This document shows positions 38,301-49,828 of a stretch of DNA of 64,000 nucleotides, in pieces. The translations under genes were made by a program, and so were the position numbers. The notes beneath the pieces were generated by a model, which saw only the letters and a list, made by a program, of their open reading frames with translations, made no database searches and was not told the origin of the DNA. The DNA is taken from the NCBI GenBank assembly GCA_051530055.1, contig CM121342.1, positions 11,609,480-11,673,479 of the forward strand, written 5' to 3'. How positions within the stretch are numbered: the stretch's first letter is position 1; the number at the start of each line of letters is the position of its first letter. Source of the DNA: Neoechinorhynchus agilis (taxonomy: Eukaryota > Animalia > Acanthocephala).

Positions 38301-39067
38301 TCAAGATTTCCGAGTATTGTCAATTTCAATGAATGTTTCATGGTTGACAAACATTTGTGGATTGTGATGGAGTACATGGAGGTCGGTATTTCTAAAAATA
38401 CAGCGATAAAACTATCTGAATTCCTTCAGGGTGGACAACTAACGCAAATTGTGGAGAAGACCATCATGACAGAGAATCAGATGGCGACAATTGTTAGGGA
38501 ATGTTTAGAAGCTCTAAACTTCCTTCATTCTAAGAATATCATCCATAGAGATGTTAAGAGTGACAATGTTCTCGTTGGGATGGACGGTTCGATTAAGTTG
38601 ACGGATTTTGGCTTTTGTGCTCAATTGACAAGCTCTGAATCGAAAAGGACGACGGTCGTAGGAACGCCTTATTGGATGGCCCCGGAGGTAGTAAAAAAGT
38701 AAGCTTTTTAAGAGCAAGACATTTATGTTTTTATATTTATTTTTATTACAAAAGGGAAAGATACGATCGTAAGGTAGATATTTGGAGTCTAGGAATAATG
38801 ATCATAGAAATGATCGATGGGGAGCCACCTTATATTAAAGAACCTCCGATGCGTGCCATGATCTATATTGCGATGCAGGGAAAGCCAGAAATGAGCGTCG
38901 AAGGTGCAAAGCGCATCAGTCCGGAGATGAAGGATTTTGTAGATCGCTGCCTTGTGGTCGAACCTAAGTTGCGTGCCGATACAAAGGAATTGCTTAGACA
39001 CCCGTGGCTCAAAAATGCGGGTTCTTTGAGGTTGTTAATACCAAACATCCGAGCTGTTCAAAATTAA
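35365..39067 (+). CDS. PAK1: Group I p21-activated kinase (multi-exon)
   Basis: CRIB-like exon ISQPFNAVNKVHVTYD...GLPREW at ~35455. Kinase motifs GSGAAGEV, VAIKQI, HRDVKSDN, DFGFCAQ, GTPYWMAPE, DIWSLGIM. Middle exons were not fully resolved, and PAK1/2/3 cannot be distinguished. Confidence 0.88.
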
Positions 39068-40089
39068 TGCAGTGTAGCGTGAATTCTATGGGCACGGTGG
39101 AGCGATCGTTCATATGTCCCGATGAAACTCGATTTAAATGTATAAATAGCGAGGCGATGGTTTCAATTGCGCAAGCCCATGCCTTCCAACTGTATTAGTA
39201 AATTAAAACTTCAATGAATGTGAAAAAATAGACTAAAACACGATTTCAAACGGATTTCACTCGGTTTTGTCTCGTTCTAGATAAATTCAATAAAAATAGA
39301 ACAGCAAAATTAACTAAGTTAACAATTTGGACGAATCGGACCGCTGCTATTAACGCTACCCTTATCCTCGTTAGTCGATAACAATACTGAAATTGTTAAA
39401 AGCTATAACAAAAGTGATTTTATATATATATATTCGAAAACACCTAATCTAGATCGAAAATGTACAACGGCGCAATGCGAAGACTATTTAATCCAAAATT
39501 CTTAGGAAATCGTGAAACGTTTAAAAGGTTAAGTTTTTGAGTTAAACACTTAAAACTTTCTTTGGTTTCTTACTACCAATGGAACTAATTACGTTTTCTG
39601 CGTTAAGCATTAAGTTCAATTCTTTATTCATTGCAAAAAACACTCTGGAGATTGCAACGGATGTCTGAGGCTTTTTCCTTATCTTAAATGCTTTTTGCGC
39701 CATTTTTCATACAAGGCTTAGAAAAATAGTTAGTTCCAAGAACTCAAGTTTTGTTTTCTAATATCGAAGTTGATGATGAATTTTAAGGATATTCGCGTTC
39801 TCGCTGAAAATGCATGATGCCGCACTAGATGTCTAAAGCATTTGAGCAGTCTTCAAAAAAAAATTGCATATATATTTCAAATTTACGTTCCTGGATTTTA
39901 GATTTTATTTTTAAGTCGAATTCAAAAACCATGTTTACTTGTATTCTCGTATCAATGTAATCATGTAAACGTTTCAAAGTCTAACAACATTTTGTGCTCT
40001 ATTTTGATCGTGATGCGATCGCTATCTCTTCGAGCTCACTTGAACGACATCGTTTTCATCGTCTCCGTTCGACGTCGAAGAAATTCTCA

Positions 40090-41288
40090 ATGATCGTTAA
40101 TTTCATTGCATTCTTATCACTCGGAAATGCTTACGGTTACAGGTGGTACTACGACCGAGCCAATTACACTCTCTTCCGTTCAAACAAAAGTGTAGATCTT
40201 ACTAAGCCCAGATTTCAAGCTGTCAATTGTGACGAAGTTGAATTTGGTCGTAATCGAACTCTTGTAAGACTTATCAAATTTAGTGAATCGAACAAAACGT
40301 ATCAGGGTTGCACTAAGAAAACTAGAGAGTGCAAGAAACATGCACATTTCGACGAAGAACTTAAACTAAGGATAAATACACCTCCTTGCTGTCGGCACAA
40401 TCTTATTTTAACTTATTACGACGTGCTGGATGTTCTTGAAAATTTTAACTTTTCTTACAGTCTTGAAGGCGGCAGTGTATTAGGTGCGTATCGAGACAAC
40501 GGGCACATTACGATTGGTGATTTCTTCATATTTTTATAACGTATGGGAATTGCCCTTAATTTAATCTCTTTTTTATAACTTTGTAATAATTTTCTTTTAT
40601 AGGATCGGGTTCCGATGACAATTGCTGATTTTCTAGCAATTTGCATTACTTTTTATAGCAATCGTTAAACTAAAACCTGTATTTATCTTAAAAGCGTCTC
40701 CTGTCTTAAATGAAAGATTTTCGCTTTTTTCACATTTATTAGTATTTTCGGTCTAGCGAAAAAATATTACAGTGAACGCTGACATTTTGTTCATTCGTGC
40801 ATTGTCATTGTATTAGCATTTTAATATTCCCACTTTAATTGATCGTTTGCCTTTATTATCTCAAAGCCAATGAAGAAATCATTTGTATTCCATACGACGA
40901 CGATATAGATTTTATTGTGAACTCAACTGAATACGATCGGTTCATGGCAGAAGCCAAACCAATTCTTGAGCAAGAAAAGAGTCGAAAACTTCAAGATGTA
41001 AGAGCAAGAAAGCAAACTCATATTCAAGTCAGCGATAAGAATAAACTGTCAGTTGATATCTTTTGGTTCATCGACAATGGCACTTCAATTGATATTCAGT
41101 TCTTTGGGATTAAGTACGATAAGGAGATGATATTTCCAACCAAACCGATTGTTTTTGAGAACAGGTCGCCACAAGGCCCAACAAAGGTGGTGGAATATTT
41201 GGAACGAATATACAAAAACTGGCAGTATCCTTTGGATTGCAGTATTAGAAAAGGTCATAGTTGCATTGGAAAGCCCATGGCCTTTTGA
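40090..41288 (+). CDS. FKRP/LicD-family nucleotidyltransferase-like protein
   Basis: TPPCC...YSLEGGSVLGAYR..GHI and IPYDDDIDF match FKRP/LicD catalytic motifs. Hydrophobic N-terminus. Probable intron ~40517-40868. Confidence 0.75.
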
Positions 41289-41669
41289 TTATCAAATATT
41301 ATGATTAAGCTGCTCTCTTTAATACGATGAACGTCATGTTTCTTGTTCGCGAGCACGAATACTACAAAAACGTGCACTAATCACACGTTTTGAAAAAGAT
41401 CGATGTCAATATTGCAGTGAGTGCGAAAGCGTTGTTGAAGGTGTCAATATAAAAGAACACTCCAGGCTAGGTTGAGGGAGAATGTTAAAAAAAGTACTCC
41501 CAATGTTTAATCCTTTTTATGATTTAATCAGTGAGGACTAAGGTCTGATAAACAATTAAGAGTTAGTCCTGATAATTGAAGGAGCCACAATTAGAGTTAA
41601 CAAGTTTATATACCTGATTTTGAGCAACTAAATATCAATCGAGTTTCAACTAATAGTTCGTCTCAGTTT

Positions 41670-43188
41670 CGGATTCGTTACTCAGTTTAGCAGCTTAAAG
41701 CGATTGTACCATATCCAGGTTATAGGAACGCCCCGATATCCAATCCTGCTATAGCATGACCAATGACGTATCACCTCACCTTCGGCAGTCTTGAATTGGC
41801 ACCTCAAACATCTCGTCATTACGATTTCCGACAATGCGGACAGTTTGAGAGGTATGTTTGTTATCGATCTACATGAACCGTTTGCAGAAATATATCTCTC
41901 ATGCCTAGGTCATTTGTTGTATTTTGAATCCATCCACATTGTCCTCTAGCGCCTTAACTGGAATGTCCGGTTCATAATATCCGGGTCCTCGTCATCCCGG
42001 AAGATGTAATGAAGGGCGTCTAGCTGAGATGTTCGCAATCTCATTGCAACCCGCCAACCCAGTAGGTTTATCGTTGGGCGGATTGGATTTACGATGCGTC
42101 TATGTCCACTTCTGTTTTCCCTGACATCTCCTCCAGCATCTGACATGCCCAGCACTTCAACTTCCGATTCTTGTTCTTCTTCACTGTCCTTTTGAGCTTT
42201 ACCCTCTTCCACAGCCTCTCGTTGTAGTGTTGCTCCACTCCATATCGGGGTCACCGCCTGTATGTCCCGATTCGGATCATCGAGCGGGCCTCTTCGATTG
42301 CGCGACAACTCTACTTCTCTTTTAACTCTTTTTAGCAAGAACGCTGGCGCCGGAAACGTCTCATAGTAACTATGAGTCGCTTCATCCGCTCGTCGAAATT
42401 GGCCATTCGCATTGGGCTCCCGAATCTTTAGTCTGCACCGGACACTCCTATAATCCGTGTAATCGCCTAACACCCCGCTGGAAGTTCAATAGGCTCATGG
42501 CTTTCCACGAAGTCGATAAAGTTTCGGTCGTCATGAGAAATCTCACCATGAGAAGAAATTATTTTCTTGAGTCGATACCAATACATAATTGTAGCAAAGT
42601 ACGCGTGGGTTGACCTTGAGATCAATTGACCGCACGCCTTATCCGTCCTGGCCAATATATCATACTCGTTTTCAACCAACTCCATGAAACCAGCCGCATC
42701 GGGTGCAAACTCTCTTTCTCCGAAAACATTATAAAGACCTGGTCTATCGTCAATTACTATATCTTCGTACAAGGCCAGACCCATCGTAGACAGACATTCC
42801 GGTGGGTCTAATGCTGGGGTCTCAAACATCCGACTTCAGGACCCAAAGCAACCCGAAAAGGCATTTCGCGTAGTGGTCCGCGACGCATTTACATATCTAT
42901 ACACTTTACACTGCTTTCAATTACGGAAAGTTTTGAAGAAAAAAAGTAAGGTATCCAAATACATTAATAAAGAAAGGGATAATGCGGTACTTAAATTAAC
43001 CACACTACATCGTATTTCTTGTATGAAAGCGTTTCGATCATCGGAGTCTCTCTCTGATCAAAGGAGCGATTTGATGGATCCCTCCAGGCACGAGGGCGAT
43101 TTCTACTGCCACGTTTGTTGCCAGTTGATCTTCCCCTATTTGCATAGGTTTGGTTGAATCTGTTTTGAGCTCGGAAGTTATAAGACAT
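41670..43188 (-). pseudogene. Endogenous partitivirus-like capsid protein gene (decayed)
   Basis: Collinear REFAPDAAGF, NEY, SRSTHAYF..IMYWYRL, HGE, LGDYTD, PNANGQFRR....THSYYETFPAP, PTINLLGW, VPITWIWYN, plus an Arg-rich N-terminus. Frameshift at ~42470, in-frame stops, and an AT-rich interruption at ~42900-42990. Confidence 0.72.
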
Positions 43189-43555
43189 TGCGTCTAGAAC
43201 ATCGAAAAAGGGGTATTCTTACATTAAAGAAAACGGATGTGATAATGAAAAGGTTTTTGTTTACCGCCAAATGGGTACATTGGTCTTTTGCGACACAAGG
43301 CGAGTAAGGGAAGAGGCTTTTAGACTTTCATAGTTTCACCCCCCTCCCCCGCTCATCGTCTATTTCGTTATAAAAACATACGTAGTTAAAACATTCGCTA
43401 CTGATTGTTAAAATATTTTAGTGGCAAACCGTTGATTTTGCAAGCGTAGATGTAACCTTTAAACATGCTAAATTGACATTGCACACATATTTTCGCCGGT
43501 TTTCAACAAAATATTATTATACTACGATAATGAGAATAAAGGCAAAGACTAATTT

Positions 43556-43961
43556 TCAATGCCTTCTAAAACCACACAATGATTTCATTTCCTGATCAGT
43601 CTAAAGTGGACCAAACTACGTTTAGGTAATGTAGAAAAATGAACGTACAGCGTCGGTTAAGTGGTTTAGACCCATCGTAAAAGTTACACCACTCGATGGA
43701 TCCTGTGCTCGTCTATTGTGATCAATAATCGACGCGAATTTCGTTTGAAATATCTGAAATCGCTGAGTGTCCTCCTCGCTTGAGTAATTTTTACCTTTAC
43801 ACGGAAACAAGTCGGATAAACCAAATGAACTTTAAAGTGACAATAATACCGTAGGCCGCTTTATACTCGTCCCACATACCATGCGGAACATCATGGGTAG
43901 AATACGAGTGATCAGCGACAATGCTCTGAAGTTTTGCGTTTAATGCTTCGTGGCCACTCAT
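43556..43961 (-). CDS. Stand-alone cathepsin propeptide-like (I29) cysteine protease inhibitor, three exons
   Basis: WDEYKAAYG|KNYSSEEDTQRFQIF...IIDHN...FTMGLNHLTDA|TDQEMKSLCGFRRH*, joined by two GT-AG introns. No protease domain follows the stop. Confidence 0.8.
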
Positions 43962-44894
43962 GATCTGAAAATCGAACAAATCGCAGATTTAACAAAAATG
44001 CTGAATATGCCGATTAAATGTAGCAGATTAAAGAAATTACCATTCGCTTTAAAAATGAGCACATAAATCTAAATACCTTACTAAAAAGAAATATGAACAC
44101 GAGCTCTTTTTCTAGTGACTAAGATATATCTAAGAAACGTCTTGCAGTGCTCAAGCAATAACCTTTATTCAGATAAAAATTGAGAAATAATTCTAATTAA
44201 ACAAAAAACACATAAGACGAGTGGCAGTTTTTATATCTGAGTTACAAGTTCTAAAAATCAATCCGTCTTTACGAATAAAATTAATACATTAAACGTCTTC
44301 GACTCGTGAAAATACATGTATTTAAGTCTAAACTGTGACGGTCTTTAATTAAAACGTGCAGTCCTACCTACGACAACCGATTAATCCTCTAATCAACTAT
44401 TGGTTTTAGAGAAGTCTTAATTTCATTTAAAAAACCCAAAGAACAATCAAACTTTTGATAGCCGAAACGCCAGCACATTATGACTTTGTGGAGCCTTTCT
44501 TTTATTTTCCGGAACAACACATCGCTAATTGTGAGACAATCACAAAAACATCACTAAGAAGGTCATCAAGGAATCGAAGCTAGACATTAGACGTAAAATC
44601 GAGCCAAGTGATCATAGCAAATTTAATTCAATCGTCTGCTAAAATTTAAGAAAATTTCACGTGGTAAAGTTAGGAACGATCAGTGAATGCATTAAAATCA
44701 GTGATTCCTGGAGCTGCTATGGTATTCGGTAATTAATAACCTATAAAAGCTTACTTATATATTCTACGATTTTTTATCAATTAATCTTTAAGTATAGATC
44801 AGTGGGCACGGGAAGGTTTTTTCGGGAGTGCGAGAGATGAACCAAAAAGCTTAAGCTTATACGGTAAAACTAAGAATAAAGTGAAAAAAAATCG

Positions 44895-44985
44895 AGGATT
44901 GCATTCGGTCGAGTGGTAAGATATCTTTTTGCCTAAATCTCTCATGAACATCCGAGAGAAGGGATCGCTAAAGACAAAAAAAGAA
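44895..44985. repeat. Family E partial copy
   Basis: gattgcattcggtcgagtggtaagatatctttttg...catgaacatccgagag matches 49555-49620 and the reverse complement of 62770-62860. Confidence 0.7.
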
Positions 44986-45289
44986 CAATCATTTGGTATG
45001 TTTTGTGACCAATACTTACTGATTTTTTAGAAAGAATTTATAAAATGACTGATTCGTCTTTAATGATCAATAACGACCAAAATAATAACGTGCTGAAAAA
45101 AGGGGCAGCACTTCACAGTTATTATAATTAGTAGGCAACGACAGTTTAGTCACAATTAAAACTAATATTGTTTTTTAAATAATAACAAATATTTAATAGG
45201 TCGAAAACAACAAAATTCTTTGTCTCTTAATTCGACAAATTCGATTTGGAAAAGCTAAATTTTAATACACTATCTAAATATAAATATAA

Positions 45290-45900
45290 TTATTCGCCGT
45301 CCTCGTCTTCAATTGTCGTCCGAATGCTTGCAGTGTTGCCTCCCAAAACGGCGATGTTGATACTTTGAACCACGGTTGTAACCTGAAGGCGTGGCTTCAG
45401 ATCCCTCAGGAGTTGAAGAGCCTCGCTACCAAGAGATAAGTAGGTCTCAACCCCAAAAGGCACAAACACGTGGGCCCAGGTTAAATCGAGGTATTTCGCC
45501 GTTTTCCATCCTTCCGCAGTACTCGCTGCACCTCCAGCTTGAATCACCGAGAACTTGAGTTTGCTGGCCGCGAGTTTATCGACACAAGTGGCGTTCCAGA
45601 GGAGGCATTTATCCTCCTGCCACGGAAATGCGGTCACCCCATCAGGTCTACGCTCGGCGTCCCTACAGAGGTTGGCAGGTTCCAAAATATTGGGGGTATT
45701 TACCGCGTAACAAGTGCCCGGCTCAGCACCATGTTAATTTCGGCATGTCTTGCGAATCTACCGGCTGATTTTCTACAGATGAGACCATGACGTCCCGACG
45801 AATCCATATTTGCACCGTAGCGGCAACGGTGGGGAATGGCACACCGGTAGTCCTAGTCTCATTGAAACTTCGACCCTTACTGCCCCGTCGAAGAGAAGAG
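45290..45900 (-). mobile_element. CRE-like retrotransposon 3' fragment
   Basis: RRPDGVTAFPWQEDKCLLWNATCVDKLA...FVPFGVETY...INIAVLGGNTAS restriction-like endonuclease. Degenerate zinc-knuckle region upstream. Confidence 0.82.
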
Positions 45901-46157
45901 TACCCACAGATGCCAGCGGGACCGCGTTCAAATATTGTTTTACAATAGATTTTTAAAAGAATAAATTTTCTGTTCAAAATCACAGAAAATAGAGAAACTC
46001 ATCGCGGTGTGGAGACCCATTTTCAGATTTCAACGGATGTGAGGCACTTAAAAGGTTGGGAAACACTGACGTGTCACGTGAGCTTGCTCATTTGAACAAT
46101 GAACAATTTTCGACGCCCTATGCAGCCTCTGTTTCTCCTAACAAATTGTTTCCATCA

Positions 46158-48293
46158 ATGGCAGGAAAAACCGCGTTTGCTTTCCTCGCTTCGATACTCG
46201 CCGTCTCGTGGTCATTTATTCCGCATCCACTGGTAAAGGTAGCAGGAAAAACACCGAAATCGATCACGCATAAAGAAATCACTGAAAAGGCAATCATTCG
46301 ATCGGTTGTGAAGTATTACGACTCAGTGAGTGAAGTCGGTACTTGTCCATATTTAACGCCGTACACGAGTATAAAAGCGATATTTTTAAAACGATTTGGA
46401 TCAGATTTACGATACAATCGATGCCTTTTCTACCACGTTATGTCGGTGATCACATCACATAATGCAATGGAGGATATAAGAAAAAAGAAAAGATCCGACC
46501 CAGTAATTCACTTTGATAGCGAGCAAATCCGAGAATCAAACCGATATCTCATTAATCCATCGTCGGCGTTCCGTATAGTGGTAAACATAAAAAACGGAAA
46601 GTGAGATGAATTTAAGAAATGATATAATTAAGCGAATTCGCGCAGGAAACTACATTTTCGCCCGCATGCAAATTGGTCGGTATCTTCATACACTACAGGA
46701 CTTTTATAGCCATTCGAATTGGATCGAAATGGGAAACACGGTACCTAACCCAAATCTTGGTCTGAACGAGGATATTGGACAGGTTCTCGGTCCCAACGAA
46801 CAAGCGTGTCATGCTCGGGGATGCCGACAAATCATTGTCGAAGCTGATGCATTACAGGCGCTAGTTCTCAAAAGGAGATATTTGATATATTATGATTGCT
46901 ATGATAATATTTTAAGGCGACGTGGCATCGTTATAAAGGGCAGAAGTTTAAGAACGTTAAACAAGCACCCTGAAGATCTCAATATCATAGCATTTTTTAA
47001 ACCTAAGAAATAACTTCGTCATAGTGTTTCGATAAAAGAGAGTACAACAACTTTAGTAAAAAATCGAACTTTTCCAACCTCAAAATTCCTTCTACTTTTT
47101 TGCTAGAATTACGTTAGGTCTATAATTTCGGTTTCTTTCAACCGAAAGCACTTCGAATTTCGGGTTTTTAAAAGATAACCTAATGAATCGCAATAAAATT
47201 TATTGGAAAAACCCAAAACATGTCGTGAGCTAAATTAGATACCTTTCAAACATCTATTCTACTATTTTTGTTCATATATTGTTAGGTCTATAACTTTTTT
47301 GTTTCAACTGCGACAATTCCTTGTGGATTATAAAAGCTTTCCCATTCCCTCAGTGTTGGAACATCCTTTAATCGGCTTTTCCTTTTAAGCACACAGCCAA
47401 CCGATATTTTAGATACGTCTAAGTGATTGAATCATTCTATCATCCCGAAAATTTTCTCAACTATGGTGATGAGTCTCCCTCCTCCTGGGGGGAGGTATCT
47501 GAGGATCCTGAGGGATTCTTATAAACTAGTAACCGCGTATTGTTCAAGCTGTTAAATGATTTAATCACTTAATGCTTAAAAGGGAAAAGCCGAGTAAATG
47601 ATGTTCTAAAGAAATTATTAAACGTTCAACTTCAAAACTTATTTAACAAGAAAAAACAAATTTTATTATACGATTGTTGTGGCTCAACGGCGTAACGTCG
47701 TTCGAGAGAGTGTAAATAAGGCAAAACTGTTAACAAGCGGCTACGTAGGAAAATTAAAGAAAAGTTTTAACTTCGTTAAAAAACCGGCCGGTGTAAGTAA
47801 ATGTTCCCATGGCGGAATTTTGGACAGAAGTGCGACGGAGGATGCAGTTGGGGGAATTAACAAGGATAGTATCGATGTTCTCTACTCACCACATCATCAT
47901 CTTCATTTGGAAGCAGCGAGGGTGTCCGTAATGGCCACGGAACAGTTCTTTAACAAATTAAGAGAAGAAATCGGGAATAGAAGATTTTCGCAGCTTTTGT
48001 TCATTGATCCGAGTGACGATGACGATCAGAGGGTTTATAGATGTGATCAATGTAATATGGAAGTCAAAGTAAATGGGGAGTGTGCATTGGAAGATGAGAC
48101 GATCGGAAGAGTGAACTCCAATTTGGACGATTTGGTGACCGTGATCGACCGAATAAGTGAACGTGACAAACAAAAGGAGGCAGAGAAGTATGTCATGGAA
48201 GCAAGGAATAAGGTTGGTCTTCATAATGGCCAAATAGTCGGGTTTAAGCGAACTTGTACAAGTGCGAGGTGCTTCAAACATCAAGACTTATAG
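46158..48293 (+). CDS. VWA7/Het-C-like N-terminal-domain secreted protein lacking the vWA domain
   Basis: Signal peptide, SITHKEIT, HFDSEQ, GRYLHTLQDFYSHSNWIEMG, LLTSGY, KCSHGG, GGINKD, SPHHHLH. After QLLFI the frame diverges instead of entering a vWA DxTGS motif. Confidence 0.78.
47385..47520. repeat. Family D rearranged remnant in the VWA7-like intron
   Basis: gcacacagccaaccga...aagtgattgaatca, followed by an inverted piece gtgatgagtc...ggaggtatctgaggatcc. Confidence 0.6.
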
Positions 48294-48385
48294 GCGATTA
48301 GAAATTTAGGTGGTAACCTTCAACAAATCTACTTATTAAGGAGAATAAAGATGATTAACTCTAGGAAAAACTGAAATTCTAACTG

Positions 48386-48545
48386 TGTCGATATGTGAGA
48401 GGAGGAACCGGGCTGTATATGATTAGAGAATTATTATTTAAGAATTTTTTCGATTAAAAACGTTCTGCGAACGCTCAAGAACTGACGATAAACTCTGATG
48501 AGGTTCGCAAAACGTTTTTAATCGAAAAGACTTCGGAATAAAGTT
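48386..48545. repeat. Family C copy with an HHR-like core on the + strand at 48482-48515
   Basis: tgtcgatatgtgagaggaggaaccggg tail (reverse complement of 6575-6602). Core reads CTGACGA T AAACTC TGAT GAGGTTC GCAAA ACGT T. Confidence 0.78.
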
Positions 48546-48572
48546 CGAAAATTGAATTGTTCTTTATGGTTC

Positions 48573-48686
48573 TTTTATGGCGCGAAGAAAAATTAAAATG
48601 ATGATTTTATTTTAAGTCCGTTTGATTTCGACGATGCACAGTCCGTAGTTTAAAATCATCATTTAGTTTTTCTACGCGCCATAAAA
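48573..48686. repeat. Short inverted-repeat element related to family B termini
   Basis: ttttatggcgcg.agaaaaattaaaatgatgatttt pairs with aaaatcatcatttagtttttctacgcgccataaaa. Confidence 0.75.
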
Positions 48687-49028
48687 CAACCAACTTCTAA
48701 ACAATAATTCAAATTAAATAAACACTTGAGAAAAGCGTCCGATTTCACAATTTTTACAACTCAATGCTAACCTCGGAAGAGAATTTACCGGAAGAAATAA
48801 CAAAACGAAAGTCTAACCGATAAAAAATACCAATTCTTTTCAGCATAAACAAAAAACATATCAAGAGAAAATCCATATCGGGATTGCAAATTTTGATTTA
48901 TTGTGAACATAATCACCCGTCTAAAAATCACTTTATTGTCGAAAGAGAAAAACCTCACCCTATCAGCTAATGTTTTAAATTTTTTCATTCGTACTTGAAT
49001 GTTATTTTTCGTTAACGTATCCATTGAT

Positions 49029-49191
49029 ATTATTCTGGTCATAATAATCCCGGTAATAGCACATTTGATTTTGATTTATTGGAAATATTTCGCGAGGTGA
49101 CCTCGCCTCATCAGTCATTGTTTGTAAGTTATTAAATATTCGAGTTCGTGAACTCGGATATTATTACCGGGATTATTATCACCAAAATAAT
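49029..49191. repeat. Inverted-repeat element with an HHR on the - strand at 49083-49114
   Basis: 30-bp termini attattctggtcataataatcccggtaata / tattaccgggattattatcaccaaaataat. The - strand reads CTGATGA G GCGAGG TCA CCTCGC GAA ATAT T. Confidence 0.8.
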
Positions 49192-49554
49192 ACTTTGACT
49201 AACCCGAAGGATTTTTTATCGATGATTATCCATTAATGATTGACAAGTGAGCGCTTCCACATAAAAAACGGACAGCCCTAGAATTCTTCCGTAGCTACGT
49301 CGAATAAAACAATGGTCCAAAAATATCGAATTAAATTGCGCACTGCTGATTTAAATTCGATTTGATGAAAAAAATACGGGTTAATCTTCATTCGGGGACG
49401 GGAATGCCAGACCGAGCTTGAACGCACCACCGTTTTCTACGACGAATGCCAAAGGCCACTGTAGTCTCGTCGGATTCAGGGTGGCTTTATCAGCAAACTA
49501 AACGCCATACCGCCACAAATAAGGTTGTAGAAAGATAAAGAAAATCAGATTGAA

Positions 49555-49790
49555 AACTGCATTCGGCTGAGTGGTTAGAGATATCTTTTTGTTTATGTCG
49601 CTTGCTGACACCCGAGGGAGAGGTCGCGTTAAAGAGACGAATGTGTATTTCGACCTATTGAATCAAAGTCATTTGATCAATTCAATTGCTTGTATCGATT
49701 GATTCAATAGGTCGAAATACACATTCGTCTCTTTTACGCGATCTCTCTCTCGGGTGTCGACAAGCGACCTAAACAGTAACAAAGAAAATC
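49555..49790. repeat. Family E palindromic element (77-bp arms, 32-bp spacer, one-sided tail)
   Basis: 49590-49666 pairs with 49699-49775. The tail gcattcggctgagtggttagag is shared with 44895 and 62830. Confidence 0.85.
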
Positions 49791-49828
49791 GTATAAGGTC
49801 AAGTTGTTGCTTTGATTGGATAGTATAT

